From Chitinophagales bacterium (GTDB taxonomy: Bacteria > Bacteroidota > Bacteroidia > Chitinophagales > JADJOU01), in NCBI GenBank assembly GCA_030832185.1, contig JAURJQ010000027.1:14436-78435 (forward strand): a DNA stretch of 64,000 bases, read 5' to 3'. The translations under genes were made by a program, and so were the position numbers. Under the pieces are notes generated by a model that saw only the letters and a list, made by a program, of their open reading frames with translations, was not told the origin of the DNA and made no database searches. Below, piece by piece: positions 46,067-54,154 of this stretch. Position 1 is the stretch's first letter. Each line of letters starts with the position of its first letter.

Positions 46067-47755
46067 CTACTCTATCCTAAACTCATAGTTTATCTTGCCT
46101 CCAAAGTCGGGGTTGAATACTTTTAATATTTTGCCTGATTTAGCATCATAGATTTTGAAAATACCCGAGGTCTTTTTCATAACTCTAGACGAATACCAAA
46201 AGCTCAACCCATCGCCACACTGATAGTTTTTGTCATAGTCAAAAAGCTCTAGATGATAACAACAGTTTGGCGCTAATTGAATGGTGTCTCTATAAGTTGT
46301 GTTATTATTGAAATAAACTTTTTTCAAAATTGTGTCTCTGTTTCCACTTCTTATTACAAGCCAATTATTCGAACTATCATTTGTAGTATATATTTCTAAG
46401 ATAATCTCTCTTGATTGTAACTTTGGTGTTTGTAGGATTTCAGCTTTAATAAAATCATTTTTAAAGTTTACATTCAATGGTCGTTTCATTAATTCCAATT
46501 CTACAAAGGTATCTCCATGCTCATCAAAGTTTAATTCATAGGTTTTAACTTCTTGAGGCATTAGATCCAGAAAAACTCGATAAACGATTCCAATACCGTT
46601 CTTATAGCCGGCCTTTACATCAAAGGTGTTAACTTTTTGACTACCTTCATTTTTAATTAAGAACCTTATTCTCGAACAAGAAGGATTATGCATTCTATAA
46701 TTCGGATTTCTGCTTGGGGAGACTATATCGACTAATGCCAAGTCGAAAGAGTCTTTGTATCTATAAGTTATCACATGCGACTCTATAGAATAAATGGCAT
46801 GAATCTCCTTGCTCTCAGTTTCTATTTTCCCAAAATAGATTTCTATTTCATTATCACTTTCTAATTTTAAATCTGCTAAATGAACTTCGATCTCATTGAC
46901 TTTCTCACCTGGGCACCAGTTGGTGCGGGGAAATATCCAGGTGCCTGACTGCGGCTGAATGGGGTTTTGGTCGCAGTCTGTTTTCCATAATCTCTTCTGA
47001 TAGATTGGCTTTCCATTGAGTCTTACATGAAAGTTAATTGGAGAAAACTCACCTTCCTGATCATGACCTGTTATGATAGTTCTGAGTTTAGCATAGTTTT
47101 CACCAGGTCGAAGTTTAAATCGAAAAGGTTTTATCATACTATCTATCTGAATGGAGTCTTGATAGCGATAGTTGTCTTGAAATGCAGGCAAGACATTGAC
47201 GGGATTTCTGAGTGTATCTCCTTTGATGAGGTATAGAGTAACCGTGTGTTTAAACCCAAATTTCCCTTTATCATCCCATCCTCCAGTATAGGCACTGTAA
47301 AAAATGGAATCCCCTTTCAATAATGGTAAATAGTCGGTGACGTCATAGAAATAAGGATGAACCCAAGTAGAATCATATCCATGTCTCCCTTTCCGCATTA
47401 AAGAACTATAGGGTGTAATTAAACGAGCGACTTCTATATCCTTATAACTTGAATCACTTATTTTTTTAGAAAAAAACCCTCTGTAGGTATAGTCCCAAGC
47501 GCAGCAACCATAAGTGGCGCAGCCTAGGTCAATTTTTAATATTGCTTTTTCATAGCTGCCCGCAGGAAAGTCTTTCTGAATTCTATGCCATTCTACACCA
47601 CGAAACTGCTGAATATTGGAGTCTTGGAAGAAGATGACCTTGACTGTATCTTGAGCAGCTATAGCATAATGTACACAAAAAATTAGAAGACTAAACGCTA
47701 GGATTTTATACCGACGATTCTTATCAAATAGTTTTATCATATTACTGTTATACAA
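46067..47755 (-). CDS. PNGase F-related protein (no T9SS domain)
   Basis: GCATYGCCAWDYTY, DIEVARLITPY, DVTDYLPLLKG, ITGHDQEGEF and GTWIFPRTNWCPGEKV parallel the remembered PNGase F motifs (C..C.EWDRY, EIGRFITPY, DVTDF, GWGH/CAEW, GNWAPDRAGWCPG). Confidence 0.75.
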   Translation of the reverse strand: MYNSNMIKLFDKNRRYKILAFSLLIFCVHYAIAAQDTVKVIFFQDSNIQQFRGVEWHRIQKDFPAGSYEKAILKIDLGCATYGCCAWDYTYRGFFSKKISDSSYKDIEVARLITPYSSLMRKGRHGYDSTWVHPYFYDVTDYLPLLKGDSIFYSAYTGGWDDKGKFGFKHTVTLYLIKGDTLRNPVNVLPAFQDNYRYQDSIQIDSMIKPFRFKLRPGENYAKLRTIITGHDQEGEFSPINFHVRLNGKPIYQKRLWKTDCDQNPIQPQSGTWIFPRTNWCPGEKVNEIEVHLADLKLESDNEIEIYFGKIETESKEIHAIYSIESHVITYRYKDSFDLALVDIVSPSRNPNYRMHNPSCSRIRFLIKNEGSQKVNTFDVKAGYKNGIGIVYRVFLDLMPQEVKTYELNFDEHGDTFVELELMKRPLNVNFKNDFIKAEILQTPKLQSREIILEIYTTNDSSNNWLVIRSGNRDTILKKVYFNNNTTYRDTIQLAPNCCYHLELFDYDKNYQCGDGLSFWYSSRVMKKTSGIFKIYDAKSGKILKVFNPDFGGKINYEFRIE

Positions 47756-47805
47756 ATGTAAGTCGGCATAATACCTTAATAAATTGAGCCTAATAAAAAA
47801 TGGTA

Positions 47806-49896
47806 TTACCTATAAATCCATTTCTTCTCATCTTCCCTGCCATTTATATTAACGCGTAGGATATAAATACCTTTTGGTAAATGACCAAGATTTAACTCTT
47901 CAATCATAGATAAATTCTTAGTTGCCTTTTGGAAAACCATTTGACCATTGAGATTAAATATTTTAACTCCTAAAATCTCTTGTCCATTTCCTTTGGTCTC
48001 TATTTTCAAATGACCATTTGACGATGGGTTAGGACTCAAATCCCAGTAAAAATTATTGTTGGCAGTAACTATTTCTGACTTTATAGTATCTGGAAATTTA
48101 AATGTTCTATACTCATAATTTGATTTAGGGGTATACTCTCCTAGTTTGACATTATTCAAGGTAAATTGAAAATTGATCTTTGCTCCAAAGTCTGCATTGA
48201 ATGTTTTTAAGACAGCGTTATTAATAGCATTTCGTATCGTAAAACTTCCTGTTGATTTAGATAATTGTTGCGTGGACCACCAAAAATTCAGACCATCGCC
48301 ACACTCGATTCTATCATCATAGTCTATGAGTTCCATACGGTAACAACCATCTGGCAAGGTAATCGTATCTGAATAGGTCTTATTGTCGCCTTTATATACT
48401 TTAGACATCACTTCTTGATTCAACTCATCAAAAATCTTCAAGGTATTGTCTTTATTATCATTAGTTGTTTTTATATCAAACTTTAATTTCTGAGAAGGGA
48501 ATACTACTGGAATATCAAACTTAGACTGAATACTATCATTCCATGTCACTAAATTATCTATTGTTTTTTGAAGATTGGCAAAAAATATAGGAGAGGTATA
48601 GTCGACATTCATCCATGGAAAAGCGGGTAGTTGAATTATTTCCGATTTTTCAGGCATCAAATTTCCCTTCCAAATGTGCGTCGTTTTATTATTTCCATCT
48701 ACCCAATAATCAATATATGCTTCTTTGACTGATTTCGTGCCTTCATTTCTTATTTTTACTATTGGTCCTTGACATAATGGATTATGAAGGAAATAGGTTT
48801 TATCCTTACTCGGCGCTATGACATCAATCAAAGCAATATCTTTATCAGGCTTTTTTTCAAATATAATTATGTTTCCACTTACACTATAATTAGCTTGTAT
48901 CGTAGCGCTCGTTGTTTCCATATTTCGAAATGAAATCCATATTTCATTCGAATCATTGGTTTTTAAATATGGCGTAAGGTCAATATCTAAATCAATGACC
49001 TTTTCTCCTGGACACCAATTGCATCTGCTAAAAATCCAGGTCCCACCTTGCGGCTGTAAATGAGTTTCGTCACAATCTTCTCTCCAAAGTCTTTTTGTGA
49101 AAATTTGATTCCCATTCAGTTTCACATAAAATTCCACTGGACTAAATTCTCCCTGTGCACCATGACCCGTTACAATTACTCTAAATTTTGCCTGCCTTTC
49201 ATTTGCATCTAACTTGAAGCGATACGGCTTGATTAATGTATCTATTTGGGTTTCATTTTGAAAAGTAAAACTTCGTCCATACGCTTTTTGGACTTGTTTA
49301 GGCATAGCATCTGGTTTGCCTTCTATCAAAATAAGATTGCTCGTTAGATTGAATCCCTTCTTACCATCATAGCCGCCCGATTGTATCACCAGCCCGAAAC
49401 TATCTTTAAATAAAGGAATATAATCCGTCACATCGAATATATATGGATGCGTCCAATTATTAGTAAATCCATTGGACCCTGCTCGCATATAGGTTCCATA
49501 AGGTGTGATAAGTCTCGCCACCTCAATATTCGATGACTTTCGTGTCACCCAAAGCGAATCCAAAACGGTCAATTTGCTATTCCATGTGACAGAATCTAAT
49601 TTCCCAAATTTCAAGGTATCATAGTCTTCTAATGGTTTCCCTATCAATGCATGAAAATTATAATCCCAGACGCAACATCCATAGCTTGCGCATCCCAGTT
49701 CTATGACTAAAAAAGCTTTTTTATAATTCTTGCTCGGATCTAGATAGTCGAATTTTTTATGATTCCACGTACCCTTCCACTGCTGTAAATCATATTTCGT
49801 AAAAAAATTGATTTTGGTGGTATCTCCTTCACCTGCAAACAGTCTCGCGCATAGGAATATAGACAAAATTCCAAGACTGATTTTTTTAATCAACAT
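47806..49896 (-). CDS. PNGase F-related protein with T9SS C-terminal sorting domain
   Basis: Paralogue of 46067..47755 (GCASYGCCVWDYNF, NIEVARLITPY, DVTDYIPLF, VTGHGAQGEF, GTWIFSRCNWCPGEKV). It ends ...WDLSPNPSSNGHLKIE...GIYILRVNINGREDEKKWIYR. Confidence 0.78.
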   Translation of the reverse strand: MLIKKISLGILSIFLCARLFAGEGDTTKINFFTKYDLQQWKGTWNHKKFDYLDPSKNYKKAFLVIELGCASYGCCVWDYNFHALIGKPLEDYDTLKFGKLDSVTWNSKLTVLDSLWVTRKSSNIEVARLITPYGTYMRAGSNGFTNNWTHPYIFDVTDYIPLFKDSFGLVIQSGGYDGKKGFNLTSNLILIEGKPDAMPKQVQKAYGRSFTFQNETQIDTLIKPYRFKLDANERQAKFRVIVTGHGAQGEFSPVEFYVKLNGNQIFTKRLWREDCDETHLQPQGGTWIFSRCNWCPGEKVIDLDIDLTPYLKTNDSNEIWISFRNMETTSATIQANYSVSGNIIIFEKKPDKDIALIDVIAPSKDKTYFLHNPLCQGPIVKIRNEGTKSVKEAYIDYWVDGNNKTTHIWKGNLMPEKSEIIQLPAFPWMNVDYTSPIFFANLQKTIDNLVTWNDSIQSKFDIPVVFPSQKLKFDIKTTNDNKDNTLKIFDELNQEVMSKVYKGDNKTYSDTITLPDGCYRMELIDYDDRIECGDGLNFWWSTQQLSKSTGSFTIRNAINNAVLKTFNADFGAKINFQFTLNNVKLGEYTPKSNYEYRTFKFPDTIKSEIVTANNNFYWDLSPNPSSNGHLKIETKGNGQEILGVKIFNLNGQMVFQKATKNLSMIEELNLGHLPKGIYILRVNINGREDEKKWIYR

Positions 49897-49906
49897 ATTC
49901 TGAAAA

Positions 49907-51124
49907 TTAAATGATTTCCAATCGCTTTCCTATCTCATGATATTTATCCAATATCACATCTAGGTGCTCTTTGCGGTGGCTGGCCATGAAGCTGTTTCGC
50001 ATCATAGCTATGCCTGGTGGAGCTGCTGGAGGAACGAATACATTGACAAATACACCTGCATCGTAAAGTCCTTTCCAGAGTTCAAAGCCTTTATTGTCAT
50101 TATCAATAATGATGGATACTATGGCTGTCCGCGAGGGATATACATTATAGCCCATACTGATAAGACCTTGTCTTACATAGTCGGCATTATCATTCAATTG
50201 CTTGACAAGCTCTGGGTGCTCTATCAAAATATCCAATGCTGCCAATGCCGCTGCTACGGAAGCTGGCGTAGGAGAAGCACTAAAAATCAAGGCTGGAGAA
50301 TGGTGTTTCAAATAATTGATAACTCTTTCTTCTCCTGCTACAAATCCACCAAGAGATGCTAAGGTTTTTGAAAATGTACAAATAATCAAATCCACATCAT
50401 TGTCTAGCCCAAACTCACTAGCTGTGCCTCTACCACCTTTACCTATTACTCCAAATGCGTGGGCATCATCTACTAAGGTTTGAGCACCATATTTTTTAGC
50501 TAACTCAACTATTTTCGGAAGATCAGGGATATCGCCGAAGGTGGAGAATACACCATCGGTTACTATAAATTTTGCCCCATCCTTATCTTTTACCTGAATC
50601 AATCGCTTCTCCAAGTCCTCCATATCATTATGATGATAGCGCAGTATTTCTGTACCAAAAGTTCCTTTGGCAAGCATATTAGACGTTTGAATGGAGGCAT
50701 GATTGTCTCTGTCGCTGATGATATAGTCGTGTCGACCCATCAATGGCGCTATGACTCCCTGACCTGCCTGATAACCTGTACTGAAGAGCAGAGCAGCTTC
50801 TTTGCCCACAAATTTCGCCAATTTGGTCTCTAATTCATTATGAAGGTCGATAGTACCAGTTAGATATCGAGAACCTGAGCAGCTAGTACCGTATTTATTG
50901 ATTGCAGCTATAGCCGCTTCTTTGACTTTGGGGTGTGAGGTCAGACCTAGATAGTTATTAGAACCTGCCATAACTACTTTTTTGCCATTCATATGCACCT
51001 CAGGCCCTTCACTATCTTCTATAGGATTAAAATAAGGGTAAATACCTGCTTTTTTAACTTCGTCGGCTCTCGTAAAACTATAGCACTTTTCGAATAATTT
51101 TTTTGATTGCATTACTTTATTCAT
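49907..51124 (-). CDS. Alpha-oxoamine synthase of the serine palmitoyltransferase type (Spt or cysteate-acyl transferase-like)
   Basis: FEKCYSFTRADEVKKAGIYPYF...GSNNYLGLTSHPKVKEAA...DDAHAFGV...CTFSKTLASLGGF (PLP-Lys context). The FSK(S/T)LAS(I/L)GGF motif and the N-terminus resemble bacterial Spt rather than Kbl or BioF. Confidence 0.75.
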   Translation of the reverse strand: MNKVMQSKKLFEKCYSFTRADEVKKAGIYPYFNPIEDSEGPEVHMNGKKVVMAGSNNYLGLTSHPKVKEAAIAAINKYGTSCSGSRYLTGTIDLHNELETKLAKFVGKEAALLFSTGYQAGQGVIAPLMGRHDYIISDRDNHASIQTSNMLAKGTFGTEILRYHHNDMEDLEKRLIQVKDKDGAKFIVTDGVFSTFGDIPDLPKIVELAKKYGAQTLVDDAHAFGVIGKGGRGTASEFGLDNDVDLIICTFSKTLASLGGFVAGEERVINYLKHHSPALIFSASPTPASVAAALAALDILIEHPELVKQLNDNADYVRQGLISMGYNVYPSRTAIVSIIIDNDNKGFELWKGLYDAGVFVNVFVPPAAPPGIAMMRNSFMASHRKEHLDVILDKYHEIGKRLEII

Positions 51125-51148
51125 TCAATTGTTCACTGGTCTAGCTTA

Positions 51149-51156
51149 CAAATATA
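51149..51156 (-). promoter_or_regulatory. Bacteroidota-type -7 promoter box (TAnnTTTG) for the Spt-like gene string
   Basis: Plus strand CAAATATA is TATATTTG on the minus strand, 24 nt upstream of ATG 51124. Confidence 0.5.
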
Positions 51157-51340
51157 AGAAAAACGGATAAACATCTAGAATAATAGTCGATACCGATCAT
51201 CAAATTCCTATCTGTAAATCTGTCATAGAGGAATACCTACGACGAGACATTTAGTCGCAAACAATTGAAATAGTATGACTTAACTTCATTTTTTGTGACA
51301 TTTTTTTGGCTGGTATAAGCATTGTAGTAAGATAAAATAG

Positions 51341-51368
51341 GACGTATTCTGGCCGGCAGAATTAAGTC
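51341..51368 (+). promoter_or_regulatory. GC-rich hairpin or imperfect palindrome upstream of hsp20
   Basis: GACGTATTCTG-GCCGG-CAGAATTAAGTC has a 6-bp core stem (ATTCTG/CAGAAT) plus outer GAC/GTC. It ends 36 nt before ATG 51405. The GGCCGGC core stands out in AT-rich DNA. Confidence 0.3.
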
Positions 51369-51404
51369 AAACTGAAAATTTTTAACCACAAAAATACAAA
51401 CAAC

Positions 51405-51842
51405 ATGACACTATTAAAATGGCAAAAAGACAACAAATTAGCTCCTGGGTTGAACTTCTTTTTCAATGATTGGTTCGATGATAGTTATTTCGACAAAGTA
51501 GCGGTAGGCACCTCAATTCCTGCAGTCAATATTCAAGATAATGAAAGGGACTATACTGTGAGTATAGCTGCTCCAGGACTCAAAAAGGAGGACTTCAAGC
51601 TTGCTTTAAATCACAATGTACAGACCATTTCTTCTGAACAAAGCTCTGAAAAAGAGGATAAGGAAGAGGGCAAATACACGAGAAAAGAGTATAACTATAG
51701 CTCATTTTCTCGTTCATTCACCATTCCTGAAACGGTGGAGGTAGATCAGATAGATGCCAAGTACGAAAATGGCGAACTTAAAATCGTTCTACCAAAGAAG
51801 GAAAAAGCGGTGAAAGTGGTGAAGGAGATAGCGGTGAGCTAA
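51405..51842 (+). CDS. Hsp20/alpha-crystallin small heat-shock protein
   Basis: PAVNIQDNERDYTVSIAAPGLKKEDFKL...FSRSFTIPETVEVDQIDAKYENGELKIVLPKK is the alpha-crystallin domain pattern. Confidence 0.9.
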   Translation: MTLLKWQKDNKLAPGLNFFFNDWFDDSYFDKVAVGTSIPAVNIQDNERDYTVSIAAPGLKKEDFKLALNHNVQTISSEQSSEKEDKEEGKYTRKEYNYSSFSRSFTIPETVEVDQIDAKYENGELKIVLPKKEKAVKVVKEIAVS

Positions 51843-51879
51843 GACAGTATAAAGTATTTAAAGTTGTCCAAGTAAAATT

Positions 51880-51923
51880 ATCCCCTTATGATCAGTTAAT
51901 GAGCTGGTGATAGGGGGATTTTT
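51880..51923. terminator. Bidirectional rho-independent terminator between convergent hsp20 and the class V PLP enzyme gene
   Basis: ATCCCCTTAT...ATAGGGGGAT forms a 10-bp stem that includes one G-U pair. There is inner pairing in the loop. A T-run follows on the plus strand and an A-run precedes. Confidence 0.7.
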
Positions 51924-51936
51924 ATTGAAAATCAAA

Positions 51937-53202
51937 TCATCCCTTCACAAACCCTCTTACTTTTTCCATCAAAGCATCTATTTGCTCATGATCATTATAG
52001 TAATGGGTAGAGACGCGCACGGCATCTAGTTTGCCTTCATGCACGTGGCGAAGTATAAATTTAGGATTGAATGACTGAGCATATTTTAAAAAGTCGGGCG
52101 CCTTTTTGTTATGAAAACTAAACGTGGTTTGTGCTCCACGGGATTTTTCTTCTAGTGGAGTCAATACGTGAATATCTTTATTCATTTTTCTCAGTTCAGT
52201 TTGAGCATGGAGGGTCAGATCTTTCACTCTTGCTTCTATTTTTGCAGGGCCTACGGCCATATACCAGTCTATAGCCCGCACGGCAGCATCATAGAGTGGT
52301 CCGCAGAATGTCCCGGCACTGAAGCGCTGGGTTTCATCTACTAGATTTTTATTCATAGGGTTCTCGGCTGTCATATCAAATTCACCAAGACTGTAGGCTC
52401 CTATATTGTGTATTTTAGTATTAGCTAGGCGTTCTGGGCGGAGATAGACAAAACCTAATCCAAGGGGTGCTAGTAGCCATTTGTGCAGACAGCCTGCATA
52501 ATAATCGCAGCCAAGTTCTGTTATGTTGAACTGAATCATGCCTAGCGGATGTGCTCCATCTATAATAGATATAATTCCTCGGTTTCTAGCTTCAGAACAG
52601 ATGTCTTTTATAGGAAGAATTTGACCAATGGTGCATGGAATATGAGGCACTGCAACTATTTTTGTCTTCGGGCTCAGGGCTTTTTTGAAATTACTAAAGG
52701 TCTCTTCCGCTGAAGCTCCAAGGGTAAAGGTCTTAATTTTAATACCTTCGGTACCCGCCCGATAGAGCCATGCTGCACAACCTCCTACGTGCTCATGCGC
52801 AGTCATCAGAACTTCATCCCCTGCTGACAATTCATTTCCCCAGCAGGCTATATTGATTCCTTCGGTAACGTTTTTGGTGATAGCTATTGTCTTAGTATCG
52901 ACCCCTATTAATGGCCCTAGCCGTTCTTTTATAGTTTTTAAATCTGAAGGATAATATCCAGATTTAGCAACTAATTCAAAAGATTCTTGCAGTGCTTTGA
53001 GCACTGGCCTGGGGGTAATGCCCATAGTGCCATTATTCATATAGATAGTGTTCGGAATAGGTAGAAACTGTTTTTGAATTTCTGACCAGCTATCAGTTGA
53101 AGGAAATTGGATTTCACGTGGTGAAGTCCAAGGAGCACTAAGCAATGATGACACACTCACTGCGCCTAATCCTAGATTTGCAATAAATTGTTTTCGATTC
53201 AT
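51937..53202 (-). CDS. Aminotransferase class V-fold PLP enzyme with Tat/Sec-like N-terminal signal
   Basis: The N-terminus is MNRKQFIANLGLGAVSVSSLLSAPW. The class V core is YMNNGTMGITP...TKNVTEGINI...DGAHPLGM...AGCLHKWLLAPLGLGFVYL (HK = PLP-Lys context). Confidence 0.82.
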   Translation of the reverse strand: MNRKQFIANLGLGAVSVSSLLSAPWTSPREIQFPSTDSWSEIQKQFLPIPNTIYMNNGTMGITPRPVLKALQESFELVAKSGYYPSDLKTIKERLGPLIGVDTKTIAITKNVTEGINIACWGNELSAGDEVLMTAHEHVGGCAAWLYRAGTEGIKIKTFTLGASAEETFSNFKKALSPKTKIVAVPHIPCTIGQILPIKDICSEARNRGIISIIDGAHPLGMIQFNITELGCDYYAGCLHKWLLAPLGLGFVYLRPERLANTKIHNIGAYSLGEFDMTAENPMNKNLVDETQRFSAGTFCGPLYDAAVRAIDWYMAVGPAKIEARVKDLTLHAQTELRKMNKDIHVLTPLEEKSRGAQTTFSFHNKKAPDFLKYAQSFNPKFILRHVHEGKLDAVRVSTHYYNDHEQIDALMEKVRGFVKG

Positions 53203-54154
53203 GGTTATGATGCTATATTTACAAAGTTATACGTTTATTTTGAAACTTCGTTTTTTTCAACACCCTCTGGTTCAGATTCATTTAGCGGTTTTCCTTTGGG
53301 GGTTTACAGCTATCCTCGGCAAGCTTATTACTATTGATACCTTGGGCTTGGTTTTGATAAGAATGTTTTTAGCGGCACTCGGTTTTTTTGTCTTGCCACT
53401 TACTCGCGCTCATATAAAAAAACTTTCTCGTGCACAAATATTGAAACTCTTTGCTATAGGTGCTATCATCTGTTTGCATTGGTTGTGCTTTTATCAATCT
53501 ATCAAAGAATATAATTCATCATCTATTGCCTTGGTATGTCTCGGTACCAGTCCTATGTTCGTAATTTGGCTTGAATATTTTTCCCGAATTTCTAAAATGA
53601 TTTCTCGACAAAAAATAATTATAAGTGTCATCGCTATAATAGGTATGTATTTCATTGCCAATGGGAACAAACTTCAAGCATTTAGCCTAGGAACACCTGG
53701 GCATTATGAATGGGCTATTTTCTACGGTATTTTATCTAGCTTACTAGCTTCTGTGTTTACGATTATGAATGGTAAAATGTCGAATAGTGTGGAACCTTCT
53801 GTTTTATCATTTGTAGAAATGCTCTCTGGCGGCATTTGTTTGTTGTTTTTTACACTTCTATTTTCAAATTTCGATTTTATACAGAAAATAAATACGTCCG
53901 ATATTGCCTATATATTAATTCTCAGCTTTGTTTGTACCAATGTGCCATTTCTACTTTCTATTTATGCTTTAAAAAAATTAGAACCTTTTGTAGTAACATT
54001 GACGGTCAATCTAGAGCCGATTTATGGTTTGATTTTTGCAGCAATTCTTTTTCAAGAACACCGAAGGTTTAATTTTCATTTTTATACAGGAGTGGTTTTA
54101 ATCCTATTCTCCGTATTTTTACCACTACTTATCACGAAATGGAAAAAAGCTTAA
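53201..54154 (+). CDS. EamA/DMT-family transporter (start uncertain)
   Basis: A ten-TM EamA-like protein (IHLAVFLWGFTAILGKL...). The track start ATG 53201 overlaps the divergent gene's ATG (CATG). In-frame TTG 53240 (MKLRFFQHP...) is a plausible alternative start. Confidence 0.75.
   Translation: MVMMLYLQSYTFILKLRFFQHPLVQIHLAVFLWGFTAILGKLITIDTLGLVLIRMFLAALGFFVLPLTRAHIKKLSRAQILKLFAIGAIICLHWLCFYQSIKEYNSSSIALVCLGTSPMFVIWLEYFSRISKMISRQKIIISVIAIIGMYFIANGNKLQAFSLGTPGHYEWAIFYGILSSLLASVFTIMNGKMSNSVEPSVLSFVEMLSGGICLLFFTLLFSNFDFIQKINTSDIAYILILSFVCTNVPFLLSIYALKKLEPFVVTLTVNLEPIYGLIFAAILFQEHRRFNFHFYTGVVLILFSVFLPLLITKWKKA
53222..53229 (-). promoter_or_regulatory. Bacteroidota-type -7 promoter box (TAnnTTTG)
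   Basis: Plus strand CAAAGTTA is TAACTTTG on the minus strand, 19 nt upstream of ATG 53202. It lies inside the track's 5' extension of the divergent EamA ORF. Confidence 0.5.
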
